Source of the DNA: an uncultured Sulfurovum sp.
GTDB taxonomy: Bacteria; Campylobacterota; Campylobacteria; Campylobacterales; Sulfurovaceae
NCBI GenBank assembly: GCA_902727855.1
Contig: CACVAS010000058.1
Location: 45,029-109,028, forward strand
DNA length: 64,000 nt
Direction: 5' to 3'
Both the position numbers and the translations under genes were made by a program. Of this stretch, positions 29,764-41,411 are shown in pieces. Position 1 is the first letter of the stretch, and each line of letters starts with the position of its first letter. A model generated the notes under the pieces. That model saw only the letters and a program-made list of their open reading frames with translations. It did no database searches and was not told the DNA's origin.

Positions 29764-31116
29764 TTATTTTGTTTCAAGCTTAGTTTCAAGTTTCGCTTCA
29801 AGACTCATAGGTGTCGACGCTTCTGTTAAACCTTTTTTTTCTAAAGCCTCAGCAATTTCACGTCTTAAAATCGTATATCCTGGTAAAACAGTAGGTAAGA
29901 GTATATCATTGACATTTCCTGAGTGTACACATTCAAATGCTTTTCCCTCTTTAGTACTAAGTTTTTTAAATGTCATTAAGTACTCACCATTGACCTCTTC
30001 TATTTTACCTATATCATTGTCTACTAAATCAACACTTGCACCAACAGGTAAGACAATTTGCACAGAGTCACCCAAACATGTTTTGTCTTTACATTTCCAT
30101 GTTAAACCATCTTCACTCACAAGTCCTGCAACTTGGTGTGTACCATACTGAATGGAAAAGGCATTAGACTCTGTGTCGTCTCTATCAAAAGGGCGTGAAA
30201 GTAGGTAAGCATCGGTAAACCCACGGTTTTGTGTGGTACCTAGCTCTTTTTGGTAGCGTACCTCATCAAAATCATTGGCATAAAAGTCATCAATGGCATG
30301 ACGGTAAGCCTTGGTCACTACACCTGCATAGTATGGTGATTTTGTACGTCCCTCTATTTTCAATGAGTCAATGACACCTGACTTGAGTATCTCATCTACA
30401 TGTGAAGCCATATTCATATCTTTAGCATTCATAATATACGTACCTATGCCCTCTTCTTCATCCAGTCTAAAAGTAGTATTTGACTCTGGGTTATGGGCGT
30501 AAATTTCATACGGAAAACGACAATCATTTGCGCAAGATCCACGGTTGGGTACACGGCCTGTCTGTAAGGCAGAGATAAGACAACGTCCAGAGTAAGCAAA
30601 ACACATAGAGCCATGCACAAATATCTCTAACTCCAAGTCTGGCAAATGGTTTTTAATCGATTCACAATCTTTAAGACTTATCTCACGTGCAACAATAATA
30701 CGTTTTACCCCTAAGTCATAATAGACTTCTGCATCCATTGCATTCATTACATTGGCTTGTGTAGAGAGGTGAATAGGTATATCAGGTGCTATTTTTCTAG
30801 CAATTTTCACTACCCCTGGAGAGGAGACTATGAGTGCATCAGGCTTTAACTCTGCTATTTTGGCAATATGATTTTCATACAATTTTATTTGAGAATTAAA
30901 AGGAAATGAGTTCACTGTAGAATAGACTTTCTTACCACGTTCATGTGCATAGGCTATACCTTGCGCATATGAATCCATATCAAACTCTTTTCCTGAACGT
31001 ATACGCAATGAAAAAGTACTTGTTCCTCCATATACTGCGTCTGCACCATAGTTTAGAGCAATTTTCATTTTCTCTAAATTACCTGCGGGCGCTAAAAGTT
31101 CTACTTTATTTTGCAT
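29764..31116 (-). CDS. peptidase U32-family protein (TrhP-like RNA hydroxylation)
   Basis: ELLAPAG, GADAVY, HLSTQAN, HGSMCFAYSGRCLIS, NRGSCANDCR, LKIEGR. Confidence 0.9.
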   Translation of the reverse strand: MQNKVELLAPAGNLEKMKIALNYGADAVYGGTSTFSLRIRSGKEFDMDSYAQGIAYAHERGKKVYSTVNSFPFNSQIKLYENHIAKIAELKPDALIVSSPGVVKIARKIAPDIPIHLSTQANVMNAMDAEVYYDLGVKRIIVAREISLKDCESIKNHLPDLELEIFVHGSMCFAYSGRCLISALQTGRVPNRGSCANDCRFPYEIYAHNPESNTTFRLDEEEGIGTYIMNAKDMNMASHVDEILKSGVIDSLKIEGRTKSPYYAGVVTKAYRHAIDDFYANDFDEVRYQKELGTTQNRGFTDAYLLSRPFDRDDTESNAFSIQYGTHQVAGLVSEDGLTWKCKDKTCLGDSVQIVLPVGASVDLVDNDIGKIEEVNGEYLMTFKKLSTKEGKAFECVHSGNVNDILLPTVLPGYTILRREIAEALEKKGLTEASTPMSLEAKLETKLETK

Positions 31117-31192
31117 AGATATCCTACATAGTTTATTGAGGTTATTCTACCCTATTAGTAGTAAAAAGTAGTTTTATGCTAAAATCAATACC

Positions 31193-31984
31193 ATGAATCA
31201 TACAACAAGAATAGACTTACATAATCATACGACACGATGTAATCATGCAGAAGGTACTGTAGACGAATATATACAAAGAGCCATAGAACTAGGCATTGAC
31301 ATTTTTGGGTTTTCTGAACATGCTCCAATGGACTTTGACCCTCACTACCGTCTAGCCATGAACGAAATGGATGACTATGTCAATGACGTACTACATGCTA
31401 AAGAAAAGTACACCAATGAGATTGAAATCCTTTTAGGCTATGAAGTAGACTGGTTGCCCGGACATATGGATGATAGAGTCCTAAAAGCCAAAGTCGATTA
31501 CCTTATTGGTTCGGTACATTTCATAGACAAATGGAGTTTTGATAACCCTGAATTTATAGGGGGATGGAAAAATAAAGATATTGATGAAATCTGGACAGCC
31601 TACTTTGAAGCTACTGAAGCGATGGCAAACTCTGGAAAATTTGACATCATCGGGCATCTTGACCTTATCAAAGTGTTTAAGTACCTACCCAAAAAAGATG
31701 TTCGTCTCTTAGCAAAAAGTGCCCTAGAGGCTATTAAAAAAGCTGACATGGTTCTTGAACTTAACGCGGCAGGTCTTCGCAAGCCTATTGGAGAGATATA
31801 CCCTTCAAAACCATTACTAGAAATGGCTTATGAGATGAATATACCTATCACCTTTTCTTCAGATGCCCATGCAGTAGACCAAGTAGGTTTCTGCTATGAC
31901 AAAGTCACAAGCCTTGCTAAAGAGATAGGTTACACAAAAGCTGTTACTTTTAAAGGGCGAGATAAACAATTGGTTATTTTTTAA
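31193..31984 (+). CDS. PHP-family histidinol-phosphatase (HisJ-like)
   Basis: DLHNHT..CNHA, FSEH, IGSVH, GHLD, SSDAH. Confidence 0.88.
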   Translation: MNHTTRIDLHNHTTRCNHAEGTVDEYIQRAIELGIDIFGFSEHAPMDFDPHYRLAMNEMDDYVNDVLHAKEKYTNEIEILLGYEVDWLPGHMDDRVLKAKVDYLIGSVHFIDKWSFDNPEFIGGWKNKDIDEIWTAYFEATEAMANSGKFDIIGHLDLIKVFKYLPKKDVRLLAKSALEAIKKADMVLELNAAGLRKPIGEIYPSKPLLEMAYEMNIPITFSSDAHAVDQVGFCYDKVTSLAKEIGYTKAVTFKGRDKQLVIF

Positions 31985-32054
31985 TCACTAAATATTATGA
32001 CTCTCATTGATTAAGTGCTATAATATTTCCACTATTTAATTTTAAGGAGTCCCT

Positions 32055-33482
32055 ATGGGTAAGTTTGTGAACAGCACAGATGAGTTTTATAAATATTGTG
32101 AAGAGAATGAAGTTGAGTTTGTAGATTTTAGATTTACAGATATTAAAGGTGCATGGCACCATATCTCTTACCGTATGTCCGCGGTAGAAGCTAGTCAATT
32201 AGAAGCTGGTATTCCATTTGATGGTTCATCTATTGAGAACTGGCAACCGATTGAAAAGTCAGATATGATACTTAAACCCGATGTTCCAACTGCATTCCTT
32301 GACCCGTTTACAGCTGATTCTACGATTATTGTTATCTGTGATGTCTATGACATTTATAAAAATGATCTTTATGAAAGATGTCCAAGATCTATCGCTAAGA
32401 AAACACTTAAATATATGGAAGAGAGTGGTGTGGGTGATGATGCATTCTTTGGTCCTGAAAATGAGTTCTTTATCTTTGATGATGTAAAAATCTGGTCAGG
32501 CATCAACCAAACAGGTTATAGAGTTGAATCTGAAGAGGGTGAGTGGAGTGCAGATACTACTTATGAGTATGGTAATATGGGTCACAGACCAGGTACAAAA
32601 GGTGGTTACTTCCCAACAATGCCAACAGATACAATGGTTGACCTTAGAGCTGAAATGATGTTACTTCTTGAAGAGGTTGGATTAACAGTTATGTTAGGTC
32701 ACCATGAAGTTGCTCAAGCACAAGGTGAGATTGGTATCAAGTTTGGTAACATGATCGAAGCTGCTGACAATGTACAAAAATACAAATATGTTGTGAAAAT
32801 GGTAGCACACCTTAATGGTAAGTCTGCAACATTCATGCCTAAACCACTTTATGGTGACAATGGTAACGGTATGCACGTACACCAGTCTATCTGGAAAGAT
32901 GGAAAAAATACATTCTATGAAGAAGGTGCATATGCAAACCTTTCTAAAACTGCACTTCAATACCTTGGTGGTGTATTTAGACACTCAGGTGCGGTTGCAT
33001 CATTTACAAATCCAAGTACAAACTCTTACAAGAGACTTGTTCCAGGGTTTGAAGCACCGTCTATCTTGACTTACTCTAGTCAAAACCGTTCAGCTGCTTG
33101 TCGTATCCCTTATGGTGCAGGTGAGATGGCTACTAGAATTGAGACAAGATTCCCAGACTCAACTGCTTGTCCTTACCTTTGTTTTGCTGTACTTATGCTA
33201 GCAGGTCTTGATGGTATCAAAAATGCTGATGTACCTGTTGGACCAATGGACATTGACCTCTTTGAATTAACACTTGATGAAATTAAAGAGAAGGACATTC
33301 CTCAAATGCCTCGTACACTCAGAGAATCACTTGAAGGGCTTCGTGAAGACTATGAGTTCCTTACACCAGTTATGTCTTTAGAGTTTATCAATACATATAG
33401 AACATATATGTTTGCTAGTCAAGTACATGAAGATGAAGCTAGACCTACAGGATTTGAGTTTAAAACTACTTATTCTTGTTAA
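32055..33482 (+). CDS. glnA: glutamine synthetase type I
   Basis: [44 protein letters not shown]. Confidence 0.98.
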   Translation: MGKFVNSTDEFYKYCEENEVEFVDFRFTDIKGAWHHISYRMSAVEASQLEAGIPFDGSSIENWQPIEKSDMILKPDVPTAFLDPFTADSTIIVICDVYDIYKNDLYERCPRSIAKKTLKYMEESGVGDDAFFGPENEFFIFDDVKIWSGINQTGYRVESEEGEWSADTTYEYGNMGHRPGTKGGYFPTMPTDTMVDLRAEMMLLLEEVGLTVMLGHHEVAQAQGEIGIKFGNMIEAADNVQKYKYVVKMVAHLNGKSATFMPKPLYGDNGNGMHVHQSIWKDGKNTFYEEGAYANLSKTALQYLGGVFRHSGAVASFTNPSTNSYKRLVPGFEAPSILTYSSQNRSAACRIPYGAGEMATRIETRFPDSTACPYLCFAVLMLAGLDGIKNADVPVGPMDIDLFELTLDEIKEKDIPQMPRTLRESLEGLREDYEFLTPVMSLEFINTYRTYMFASQVHEDEARPTGFEFKTTYSC

Positions 33483-33503
33483 ACTGTCTACAACAATCAC
33501 TAA

Positions 33504-33533
33504 ATGTTCCTTACCTATTACGGTGAGGGACAT
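33504..33533 (+). terminator. hairpin downstream of glnA
   Basis: ATGTTCCTTACC-loop-GGTGAGGGACAT stem with G-U pairs. Confidence 0.5.
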
Positions 33534-33634
33534 CTAACATATTTTCTAAAATTACCCCCCCCATATTTAATCTACAATTTTCTACTTTTCACTATACTTA
33601 TCAGTTCATAAACATAAACTTACAAGGAAAAATA

Positions 33635-34045
33635 ATGAAAATCATAAAAATATCTGCAATAGCCTTGAGTGCAATACTTCTTTCAGCATGTGGTGGGGGA
33701 AGTAGCAATAAAGAAAAAACAATCACTGAACAAATAAAAGAAAGAGATGCTATAGCTATCATTCACAATTCTCCATCTGCAATATGTACAAGCCAAGAAT
33801 TAAAAGATGAACTTTACATAGAAACTGGAGCATTAGATATAATAGCTAGTTCTGAACCAAATACAGTAAACTGTGAATATTATGGACGTACTAATGATGG
33901 TAATACTTGTGCAGAAGAAATCATAGAAGGAAATTTTCCTCGTGCTTGTGTAATAGCTGCTAATGCACCAGTATCTAGAAATCTAACAGAAACAACTACC
34001 TTAAATGTAGACGATATCTCAGATACTCTACTAAAAAGACTTTAG
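33635..34045 (+). CDS. hypothetical lipoprotein
   Basis: Lipobox LSAC-GGG; four further Cys. Confidence 0.75.
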   Translation: MKIIKISAIALSAILLSACGGGSSNKEKTITEQIKERDAIAIIHNSPSAICTSQELKDELYIETGALDIIASSEPNTVNCEYYGRTNDGNTCAEEIIEGNFPRACVIAANAPVSRNLTETTTLNVDDISDTLLKRL

Positions 34046-34060
34046 ACAAAAAAATAAAAA

Positions 34061-34085
34061 TGAGGAGGGTAAATTTACCCTCTCA
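34061..34085. terminator. hairpin between convergent genes
   Basis: GAGGGTAAATTTACCCTC palindrome. Confidence 0.6.
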
Positions 34086-34101
34086 CTGCAATTAATATCT
34101 T

Positions 34102-36207
34102 CTAAAATAATTCTCCACTATCCTCAGAGGCAGAACGTTTTGGTACTTGTCTTGCGGGGTGCAAGTCAGTGCCTTTATCTTTTTTTATAAAAGGTGATTC
34201 TTCTATCAGTATGGTATTGGCAAAGCCTGTGGTATTATACTCATTACTGCTATTTTCACCCAATACCTCTTGATAACTTCTATTTCTTCTCATACCAGTT
34301 TGTGGTAAAGGTGAATGTTTTGTAAAATACTCCTCTTTCCCCTTATAACTGCTAGAATTTACGCCTTTAGGTCTGTCAAATGTTCGCTGTATATTTGGGT
34401 ATGCTTCTAAAAGTTTTTTATAATAATGAGCAAATGCCGGTGCTGCCATTGCTCCACCTGTTGCCCCTTTACCTATAGGTTTATTGTCATCTCTTCCCAC
34501 CCATGATATCACTTCAATAGTAGGAGAGTAACCACAAAACCATGCATCTATATTATTATTGGTAGTACCTGTTTTTCCTGCTAGTTCTATACCTTTAACA
34601 CGTGCATTTTTACCAGTACCTCTTTCGACGACATCTTTGAGTACATCAGTCATGAGGTAAGCTTGCTCGGGTGTTGTAAAATTAGCTATCTCTTTAGGGC
34701 GTGTCTCATAAATCACTGCACCCTCTTTTGCAATAATTTTACTCACCAATCTAGGTGCTATCATATGCCCTTTATTTGCAAAAACAGAAAATATTTGTGC
34801 CATCTTAAGTGGACTGAGTCCTAGGTTACCTAGAGCAATAGACATATCTTTAGGTATGTGTGGTACATCTAAAAAAGCCAATCTTTTACGAATTGTACTC
34901 ACCCCTAAATCTGACACCAAATTAATAGTGGCTAAATTACGAGAATGCACTAACGCTTCACGCAGAGAAATAAAGCCCTTAAAGTTATGTTCATAATTAC
35001 GTGGTGCCCATACCTTTTTTTTGCCCTTGTAGGTATACTCAAATGTTCTAGCAAGATCTGTAAGCGGCGTTGCAGGATTATAACCCATGTCTATAGCTGT
35101 TTGATAAATAAAAGGCTTAAAGGCCGAACCTGGTTGTCTATTGGCTTTAGTGACACGGTTAAACTCTGAGCTTTTATATGAAACACCCCCTACCATAGCC
35201 AATATATCTCCAGTTTTACTCTCTACAGCCACAAATGCTGCATTGAGTTTAGAACTATTCGCATCTTCATTATATTTCTTTAAAGCATTTGTATGCGAAA
35301 GTTGTACCGCTTCTTTTGCAATGTTCTGCTGTTTTATGTCTATGGTTGTATAGATTTGGTAACCACCCGTACGTATGTCACCTAGTTTACCTCTAAAACG
35401 TCTTAGCACTTCATCTACTATGTACGGTGCTATATTTTGTGTAAGCGTTGTTTTATGTACGGTAGGTGTCTCTTTTACTGCTTCAATATAGTCTTGTTGT
35501 GTAATCCACCCAATGCTTTTCATCCTATATAAAACATTATTAGCACGGTTTAACGCTCTTTTGTAGTGTCGTAAAGGATTATAAAAGCTAGGTGCATTGG
35601 GAATACCTACCAACATAGCAGTCTCTTTCAATGTCAATGCATCTAGCTCTTTGTGAAAATATCCATTTGCTGCTGTCTTGACCCCAAAATAGTTATTTCC
35701 ATATGAAATTTCATTTAAATATCGTTCAAGGATATCCTCTTTACTTAATTCGTGTTCAATTTTCATCGCCAATATGGCTTCTTTGAGTTTACGTACTAGT
35801 TTTTTATCACTGGTAAGAAGTTTGTTTTTAATGAGTTGTTGTGTAAGTGTACTTCCACCCTCTACAAATTTACCTGCTTTAATATCTTTAATAATGGCAC
35901 GTAAAATTGCATCTGGGTTGACGCCATTATGTTCAAAAAATCTTGTATCTTCCATAGCAACAAGACCTTCTATAAGCCTACCTGGTATCTCGTCATAACG
36001 TGCGTAAAGTCTGTGCTGTTTCTTAAAAATATAGGCTAACTTCTCACCATTTCTGTCTAAAATAACAGATGAAGTTTCGGGTTTATAGTTTATAAGTTTA
36101 TCTGCATTTAATGAGACTTGTTCATAGGCATAAATAAAGGCTCCTGCCAAGGCAATTGCCACAATAATGGCTAAAATAATAGAACCTTTTAAAACAGCAT
36201 TAAACAC
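34102..36207 (-). CDS. class A penicillin-binding protein (PBP1A family)
   Basis: EDTRFFEHNG, GGSTLTQQL (TGase); SAFK, SRN, KTG (TPase). Confidence 0.95.
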   Translation of the reverse strand: MFNAVLKGSIILAIIVAIALAGAFIYAYEQVSLNADKLINYKPETSSVILDRNGEKLAYIFKKQHRLYARYDEIPGRLIEGLVAMEDTRFFEHNGVNPDAILRAIIKDIKAGKFVEGGSTLTQQLIKNKLLTSDKKLVRKLKEAILAMKIEHELSKEDILERYLNEISYGNNYFGVKTAANGYFHKELDALTLKETAMLVGIPNAPSFYNPLRHYKRALNRANNVLYRMKSIGWITQQDYIEAVKETPTVHKTTLTQNIAPYIVDEVLRRFRGKLGDIRTGGYQIYTTIDIKQQNIAKEAVQLSHTNALKKYNEDANSSKLNAAFVAVESKTGDILAMVGGVSYKSSEFNRVTKANRQPGSAFKPFIYQTAIDMGYNPATPLTDLARTFEYTYKGKKKVWAPRNYEHNFKGFISLREALVHSRNLATINLVSDLGVSTIRKRLAFLDVPHIPKDMSIALGNLGLSPLKMAQIFSVFANKGHMIAPRLVSKIIAKEGAVIYETRPKEIANFTTPEQAYLMTDVLKDVVERGTGKNARVKGIELAGKTGTTNNNIDAWFCGYSPTIEVISWVGRDDNKPIGKGATGGAMAAPAFAHYYKKLLEAYPNIQRTFDRPKGVNSSSYKGKEEYFTKHSPLPQTGMRRNRSYQEVLGENSSNEYNTTGFANTILIEESPFIKKDKGTDLHPARQVPKRSASEDSGELF

Positions 36208-36233
36208 CCGTATACCCCTTTACTTATAGTCAA

Positions 36234-37328
36234 CTATTGTACCGTGTTATGGCTAATAAGCGCTAACACATGTCTTATTTTCTGTTTAGAGATAGAAAGA
36301 TTCAATATCACTCGCATGATAGGACGTTCTACTGTTGGTTGACGAATTGCACCCACCAAGTAACCTTGCTCCATAAGACCTTTTTGTATAAATTGCGTAT
36401 GTTCATTACTTGGCATCTCTATAGGAACAATAAGACTAAAACAGACTCGGTTTAATGCTTTTCTTACTAGAAGTTGTCTCTGTAGTATCTTTTTATTATA
36501 CTTTGTAGCATTTTTTTGTATATGTTGGATGTTTACTAATGCTAAAGCTGTATCAAACACTGAAGGCGCGGTTGAGTAGATAATAGGTTTAGCCCTATTC
36601 ACCAAAAAAGTAATAATATGAGATGAAGCCAAAATATATGCCCCATACGAAGCGTATGCCTTACCTAAAGTGCCCATTTTAATATGCCGCTCATTGATAG
36701 CAATACCATAATATTCAAAAATACCTAAGAGTTTTAAACCTAAAACACCCGATGAGTGTGCTTCATCCACTATCATGATTGCTTTTACATAGTCACATAC
36801 TGTAAATATATTTTTACTACAAAGATCCCCACTCATAGAATAGACACCCTCAACAGCAACTATTTGTCTTTTTGCAGGATGTGCTTCAAGTTTTTGACGT
36901 AAATCTTCTGCATCATTATGTTTAAATTTGACTACCCTATCACCAAGTAATTCAGACGCCATGACACCTGAAGCATGATACTCTTCATCCATAAAAAGCA
37001 TGTCACCTTTACGTACCAACGCTTCAATAAGAGCCATATTGGCTAAATATCCAGACCCAACAACCAACCCTTCTTCAAATCCATTTTGCTCTGCTATTTC
37101 ACGCTCAAAGATTTTATGTATAGGATGATAACCATTCACAAGCATACTTGCTTTAGGACTCACTGTCGAATATTCATCTACAAGTTTTACTGCTTTTTTA
37201 AACTGTTTTTTATTACGTGACAATCCCAAATAGTCATTTGATGCTAAATCATCTAATGTCACATCATACACCTTACGCTCTCTAAAACGTCCTGCTTTTT
37301 TTAAGGCTTTTAGTTCGTTTTCGTACAT
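36234..37328 (-). CDS. bioF: 8-amino-7-oxononanoate synthase
   Basis: SNDYLGL, SGYLAN, VEGVYSMSGD, DEAH, GTLGKA, AIRQPTV. Confidence 0.85.
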   Translation of the reverse strand: MYENELKALKKAGRFRERKVYDVTLDDLASNDYLGLSRNKKQFKKAVKLVDEYSTVSPKASMLVNGYHPIHKIFEREIAEQNGFEEGLVVGSGYLANMALIEALVRKGDMLFMDEEYHASGVMASELLGDRVVKFKHNDAEDLRQKLEAHPAKRQIVAVEGVYSMSGDLCSKNIFTVCDYVKAIMIVDEAHSSGVLGLKLLGIFEYYGIAINERHIKMGTLGKAYASYGAYILASSHIITFLVNRAKPIIYSTAPSVFDTALALVNIQHIQKNATKYNKKILQRQLLVRKALNRVCFSLIVPIEMPSNEHTQFIQKGLMEQGYLVGAIRQPTVERPIMRVILNLSISKQKIRHVLALISHNTVQ

Positions 37329-37329
37329 T

Positions 37330-37881
37330 TTAGTCCCTTATCCACGGTAACAAACACTCCACTTGTAAACCCATCGCTGTACTTTCATAGCCATCTACAG
37401 ACTTGATGTATTTTTTACAAAAACCTTCCACCATGCAGCCTCCAGCTTTGCCTTTCCATAAACCACTTGCCAAGTACTCTTCCAAGTCATCGTCTTCAAA
37501 ATCAGAAAAGTGATAATGTGTCGCAGAGATATCTGAAAAAGCCAACATTTTTGATTTGTAATGTAAAGATGAGATAATGGAAATGGTAGAGCCACTTTGT
37601 ATTTTTAAAATACGTCTAGCGTCTTCTAGATTTTTAGCTTTGCGTAATATGGTACCATCATGCGCAGCAATAACAGTGTCTGCACATAACAAAGGTACAT
37701 CAAGCCCATACTCCCGTATGGCTGCTTCTAACTTCCCTTTACTTGCAATGTAGACAAAGTCTTTTGCACTTGTAGTGTTAATCTGTTCTTCATCATACCT
37801 TACAGACTTTTGTACAAAGTCTACATTGAAGTTACGAAGCAATAGTGCTCTTGACTCAGAACCAGAACAAAGATAAATCAT
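37330..37881 (-). CDS. maf: Maf-family nucleotide pyrophosphatase
   Basis: LCSGSESR, ADTV, GKAGG. Confidence 0.9.
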   Translation of the reverse strand: MIYLCSGSESRALLLRNFNVDFVQKSVRYDEEQINTTSAKDFVYIASKGKLEAAIREYGLDVPLLCADTVIAAHDGTILRKAKNLEDARRILKIQSGSTISIISSLHYKSKMLAFSDISATHYHFSDFEDDDLEEYLASGLWKGKAGGCMVEGFCKKYIKSVDGYESTAMGLQVECLLPWIRD

Positions 37882-38408
37882 TACAACCCTCTAAGACTTA
37901 CACCCATCCAAAGTGCCACAAGTCCTAAAACAATATTAAGAGGTAAGAGTACATTCGGTATCCACTTCATTTTGGCTTTTGCTAAAGCAATTTCACCTTG
38001 ATTAAACAGTTTCCATGCTTTGGCACGTCTTACATACATATAGGTAAAATTTATAGCCATAATCGTCCAAATAATCTCTTTACTTAGAAACAGTGTTTTT
38101 AAATCACCTTTATGTCCGCCCGTTGCCACAGCCATAATCAGTCCTGTGACAAAAAGTGCAATAATAAAAAATATGACTAAGTTAAAAAGTCTACCCGTAG
38201 TTTGTAACGTAACACCTAAACGCTGTTTTGGTTCTAAAATATCTGCAATTTTATGACTTTGTAACATCTGTCCACTAGTCACTCCACCTCTTGCTATAAC
38301 TGGATGCACAGCAACGCGAATAGCTATCATACCACCTACCCAGATAAATGCTGAGAGTACATGTAAAAAGACAATAAAGTGTCCATTGTTAGCAAATAAT
38401 TCTGTCAT
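37881..38408 (-). CDS. four-TM membrane protein, CopD-like
   Basis: FLHVLSAFIWVGG start motif; four hydrophobic helices. Confidence 0.65.
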   Translation of the reverse strand: MTELFANNGHFIVFLHVLSAFIWVGGMIAIRVAVHPVIARGGVTSGQMLQSHKIADILEPKQRLGVTLQTTGRLFNLVIFFIIALFVTGLIMAVATGGHKGDLKTLFLSKEIIWTIMAINFTYMYVRRAKAWKLFNQGEIALAKAKMKWIPNVLLPLNIVLGLVALWMGVSLRGL

Positions 38409-40993
38409 TATAAATTCTCCTCTATATATTTCACTGCCAAAGTCTTTGCTTCAGCTATTTTAGAGGCGTCTTTCCCACCTGCTTGCGCAAAGTCAGGACG
38501 ACCACCTCCACCTCCACCTAAAATAGGTGCTATCTCTTTTATCCAGTTTCCAGCTTTAACAGATATCTCTTTAGAGCCACAAGCTATCATCACTTTGTCA
38601 CCTTTTTTTTGAAAAAGCATAATAGCAATATTAGGATATTTATTTTTCGCGTCATCTATCAATTCTTTAATATCTCCAGACTCGACCTCTTCAACAATGA
38701 CATTCACACCATTAACCTGAATTGCTGTAAGTTCAGTTTTTGTTGCAGTTTGTGCAGCTTGTACCTCTGCTTTTAAACTCTTTACCTGCTCTTTAAGCTT
38801 CGCAATACCTGCTAATGGATTTACATTTTTAAGTTCTGTTTTTATAGTATTTAACTCATCTCTTAAAGTATTGACCGTCTCAACAGCTGCATGACCACAG
38901 ACTGCTTCTATACGACGAACCCCTGCGGAGACACCAGACTCTTTGGTTATCACAAACAAACCAATCTGAGCGGTATTACTCACATGGTTACCACCACAAA
39001 GCTCTATAGAAGACTCACCCATACTCACCACACGTACCTTATCACCATACTTTTCACCAAACTGTGCTTTCGCACCCAATGCTCTTGCAGCGTCAATGTC
39101 TAGTTCTTGTGTCTTTGCAGATTGTGCTGTAGAAATTTTATGATTGACCCACGCTTCAACTTGGGCTATCTCTTCATTTGTCATTGCTTTAGGGTGTGAA
39201 AAATCAAAACGTAAACGCTTGTCATCATTGAGTGAGCCTGCTTGCGCGACATGATCTCCAAGTACTTCAAAAAGTCCAGCATGTAGTAAGTGTGTGGCAG
39301 AGTGGTGTTTTTCTATCTCTGCTTTATTGCTATCGACAATTGCTCTTACTTCATCGCCTACAGAAAGCTTACCTTCTATTTTTGACAAATTCATCTCTTG
39401 AAACTTTTGGGTATCTACAACTATGACTTCGGCAAGCTCAGCCACCGTTTCTGTTCCCTGAGCCTGTCGAAGGGTACCTTTGTCGCCTACCTGACCACCA
39501 GACTCAGCGTAAAAAGGTGTTTCAGCTAACATTACCCAGCCACTGCCATCTATAGATTCTACTTGTTTAAAGTCTTCATCTAGTAGTGCCAGTACTTTAG
39601 TATTTGATTCTCTTGTCTCATACCCAACAAAACGGTTGATACCATGGAGCTCTTTAAGTGTTTTAAAATCACCTGTGGCAGCGGCATCACCCGTACCTTT
39701 CCATGCTGCTTTTGACTGTGCTTTTTGTTTTGCCATCGATGCATTAAAAGCTTCTATGTCTAAAGTAATATTTTTTTCTCTTAACATATCTTCAGTGAGG
39801 TCAAGTGGAAAACCATAGGTATCATAAAGTTTAAATGCCACTTCACCGTTAAATCTCTCTTTACTTACTTCTAACTCTTTGTTAAAAAGCTTTATACCCG
39901 CTTCAATGGTCTCAAAGAAGCGCTCTTCTTCTAACTTCATCGATGCCTTAATAGACTCTGCTCTTTCACCTAAATATGTGTATTCATGACCCATAGTTTC
40001 TACCAATGTATCTACCAAAGTATGCATAAACGGCTTACGAAGTCCTAGCAAGTAACCATGACGAATAGCCCTACGCATAATACGACGGAGGACATACCCA
40101 CGTCCTTCTTTATCGAAGTTAACACCTTGTGCTAGTAAAAAAGAGACTGAACGTAAATGATCAGCTATCACACGGTACGAGGCAGAGTTAGATGCATGAT
40201 AGTCATATGAAGTACCTACCAACTCACCTATTTTGTCTAAAAATGGCATAAAAAGTGAAGAGTGGTAATTGTTAAGCACACCCTCTTTGATAGCAACCAC
40301 ACGTTCTAATCCCATACCGGTATCTATACTTGGCTTAGGAAGTGGGTTAAGTGTGCCAGATGCATCTCTTTCATATTGCATGAACACCAAATTCCAAATC
40401 TCTAAAAATCTATCTCCCTCGCCTCCCATGTAGTCTTCTGGGCCAGAGAAATGCTCTTCACCTTGATCATAAAAAATCTCAGAACATGGGCCACATGCAC
40501 CTGTGTCACCCATAGCCCAAAAGTTCTCTTTGTCATCAAATTTGACAATACGATCTTTTGTAATATGTTTTTGCCAAAGCTCATAGGCTTCATCATCATC
40601 TTCATGTACGGTAACCCATAGTTTTTCTATTGGAAGATTAAGGTATTTTTCTGAAGTGATAAACTCCCAAGAGTATGCCATCACTTCTTCCTTAAAATAG
40701 TCTCCAAAAGAGAAATTGCCAAGCATTTCAAACAGTGTATGGTGACGTGCTGTGTACCCTACATTGTCAAGGTCATTATGCTTTCCACCTGCTCTTAAAC
40801 ATGTTTGACTAGAAGTATTACGTGGAGGGTTAGGAATAGGAGCCTCGCCTGTAAAGATACTTTTAAAGGGAACCATCCCTGCATTGACAAACATAAGTGT
40901 ACCATCATCATCAAGTGGTACGAGTGGTGCAGAAGGTACAAGGGTATGCCCTTTAGATTGGAAGTAGTCTAAAAATGATTTTCTAATGTCCAT
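38408..40993 (-). CDS. alaS: alanyl-tRNA synthetase
   Basis: [54 protein letters not shown]. Confidence 0.98.
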   Translation of the reverse strand: MDIRKSFLDYFQSKGHTLVPSAPLVPLDDDGTLMFVNAGMVPFKSIFTGEAPIPNPPRNTSSQTCLRAGGKHNDLDNVGYTARHHTLFEMLGNFSFGDYFKEEVMAYSWEFITSEKYLNLPIEKLWVTVHEDDDEAYELWQKHITKDRIVKFDDKENFWAMGDTGACGPCSEIFYDQGEEHFSGPEDYMGGEGDRFLEIWNLVFMQYERDASGTLNPLPKPSIDTGMGLERVVAIKEGVLNNYHSSLFMPFLDKIGELVGTSYDYHASNSASYRVIADHLRSVSFLLAQGVNFDKEGRGYVLRRIMRRAIRHGYLLGLRKPFMHTLVDTLVETMGHEYTYLGERAESIKASMKLEEERFFETIEAGIKLFNKELEVSKERFNGEVAFKLYDTYGFPLDLTEDMLREKNITLDIEAFNASMAKQKAQSKAAWKGTGDAAATGDFKTLKELHGINRFVGYETRESNTKVLALLDEDFKQVESIDGSGWVMLAETPFYAESGGQVGDKGTLRQAQGTETVAELAEVIVVDTQKFQEMNLSKIEGKLSVGDEVRAIVDSNKAEIEKHHSATHLLHAGLFEVLGDHVAQAGSLNDDKRLRFDFSHPKAMTNEEIAQVEAWVNHKISTAQSAKTQELDIDAARALGAKAQFGEKYGDKVRVVSMGESSIELCGGNHVSNTAQIGLFVITKESGVSAGVRRIEAVCGHAAVETVNTLRDELNTIKTELKNVNPLAGIAKLKEQVKSLKAEVQAAQTATKTELTAIQVNGVNVIVEEVESGDIKELIDDAKNKYPNIAIMLFQKKGDKVMIACGSKEISVKAGNWIKEIAPILGGGGGGRPDFAQAGGKDASKIAEAKTLAVKYIEENL
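39427..39472. repeat. imperfect inverted repeat inside alaS
   Basis: CTTCGGCAAGCTCAG (39427-39441) and CTGAGCCTGTCGAAG (39458-39472), 13/15 complementary. Confidence 0.7.
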
Positions 40994-41108
40994 GATACAT
41001 ATATCCTAAAATGAAGAGCCAAGAGCTCTCTGTATTAATAAGAGATATTTTATCGTAAAAGTGGTTATTTGAAGATAAAGTTGTATAGGTAAGATTTTTT
41101 AAAAGTAA

Positions 41109-41132
41109 AGTGAGGTCAAACCTCACCTCACT
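41109..41132 (-). terminator. terminator-like hairpin after lipoprotein genes
   Basis: AGTGAGGT...ACCTCACT stem followed by T-rich run on the minus strand. Confidence 0.55.
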
Positions 41133-41135
41133 GTG

Positions 41136-41384
41136 CTAATAGCGGTATCTATAGTAGTCAGAATACCTATTATAATAATATCTACTAGGATAATAATAAC
41201 TGCCATGGCGATACCACCCATCATGTCCCACAACAGATCTTAAATCCTCAGGTGGATGAGGGTATTTATCTGGTTTCTCTTCTGCAACATGTGTTGTCTT
41301 TGCTGGAATGTGATTAGTAGGATAATTATTTGCACATCCTACCAATAAAAAGCCTGCTATTGTTGCTATATATAAAGATTTCAT
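41136..41384 (-). CDS. small lipoprotein with Tyr/Arg-rich tail
   Basis: Lipobox LVGC; AAGGAG upstream. Confidence 0.7.
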   Translation of the reverse strand: MKSLYIATIAGFLLVGCANNYPTNHIPAKTTHVAEEKPDKYPHPPEDLRSVVGHDGWYRHGSYYYPSRYYYNRYSDYYRYRY

Positions 41385-41411
41385 TGTTTTCTCCTTAAAT
41401 GAAATAACTTT

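Noticed and set aside
29767-29802. 12-bp tandem repeat at the end of the U32 gene (LEAK-LETK-LETK)
   Set aside because: Short terminal slippage with no evident consequence.
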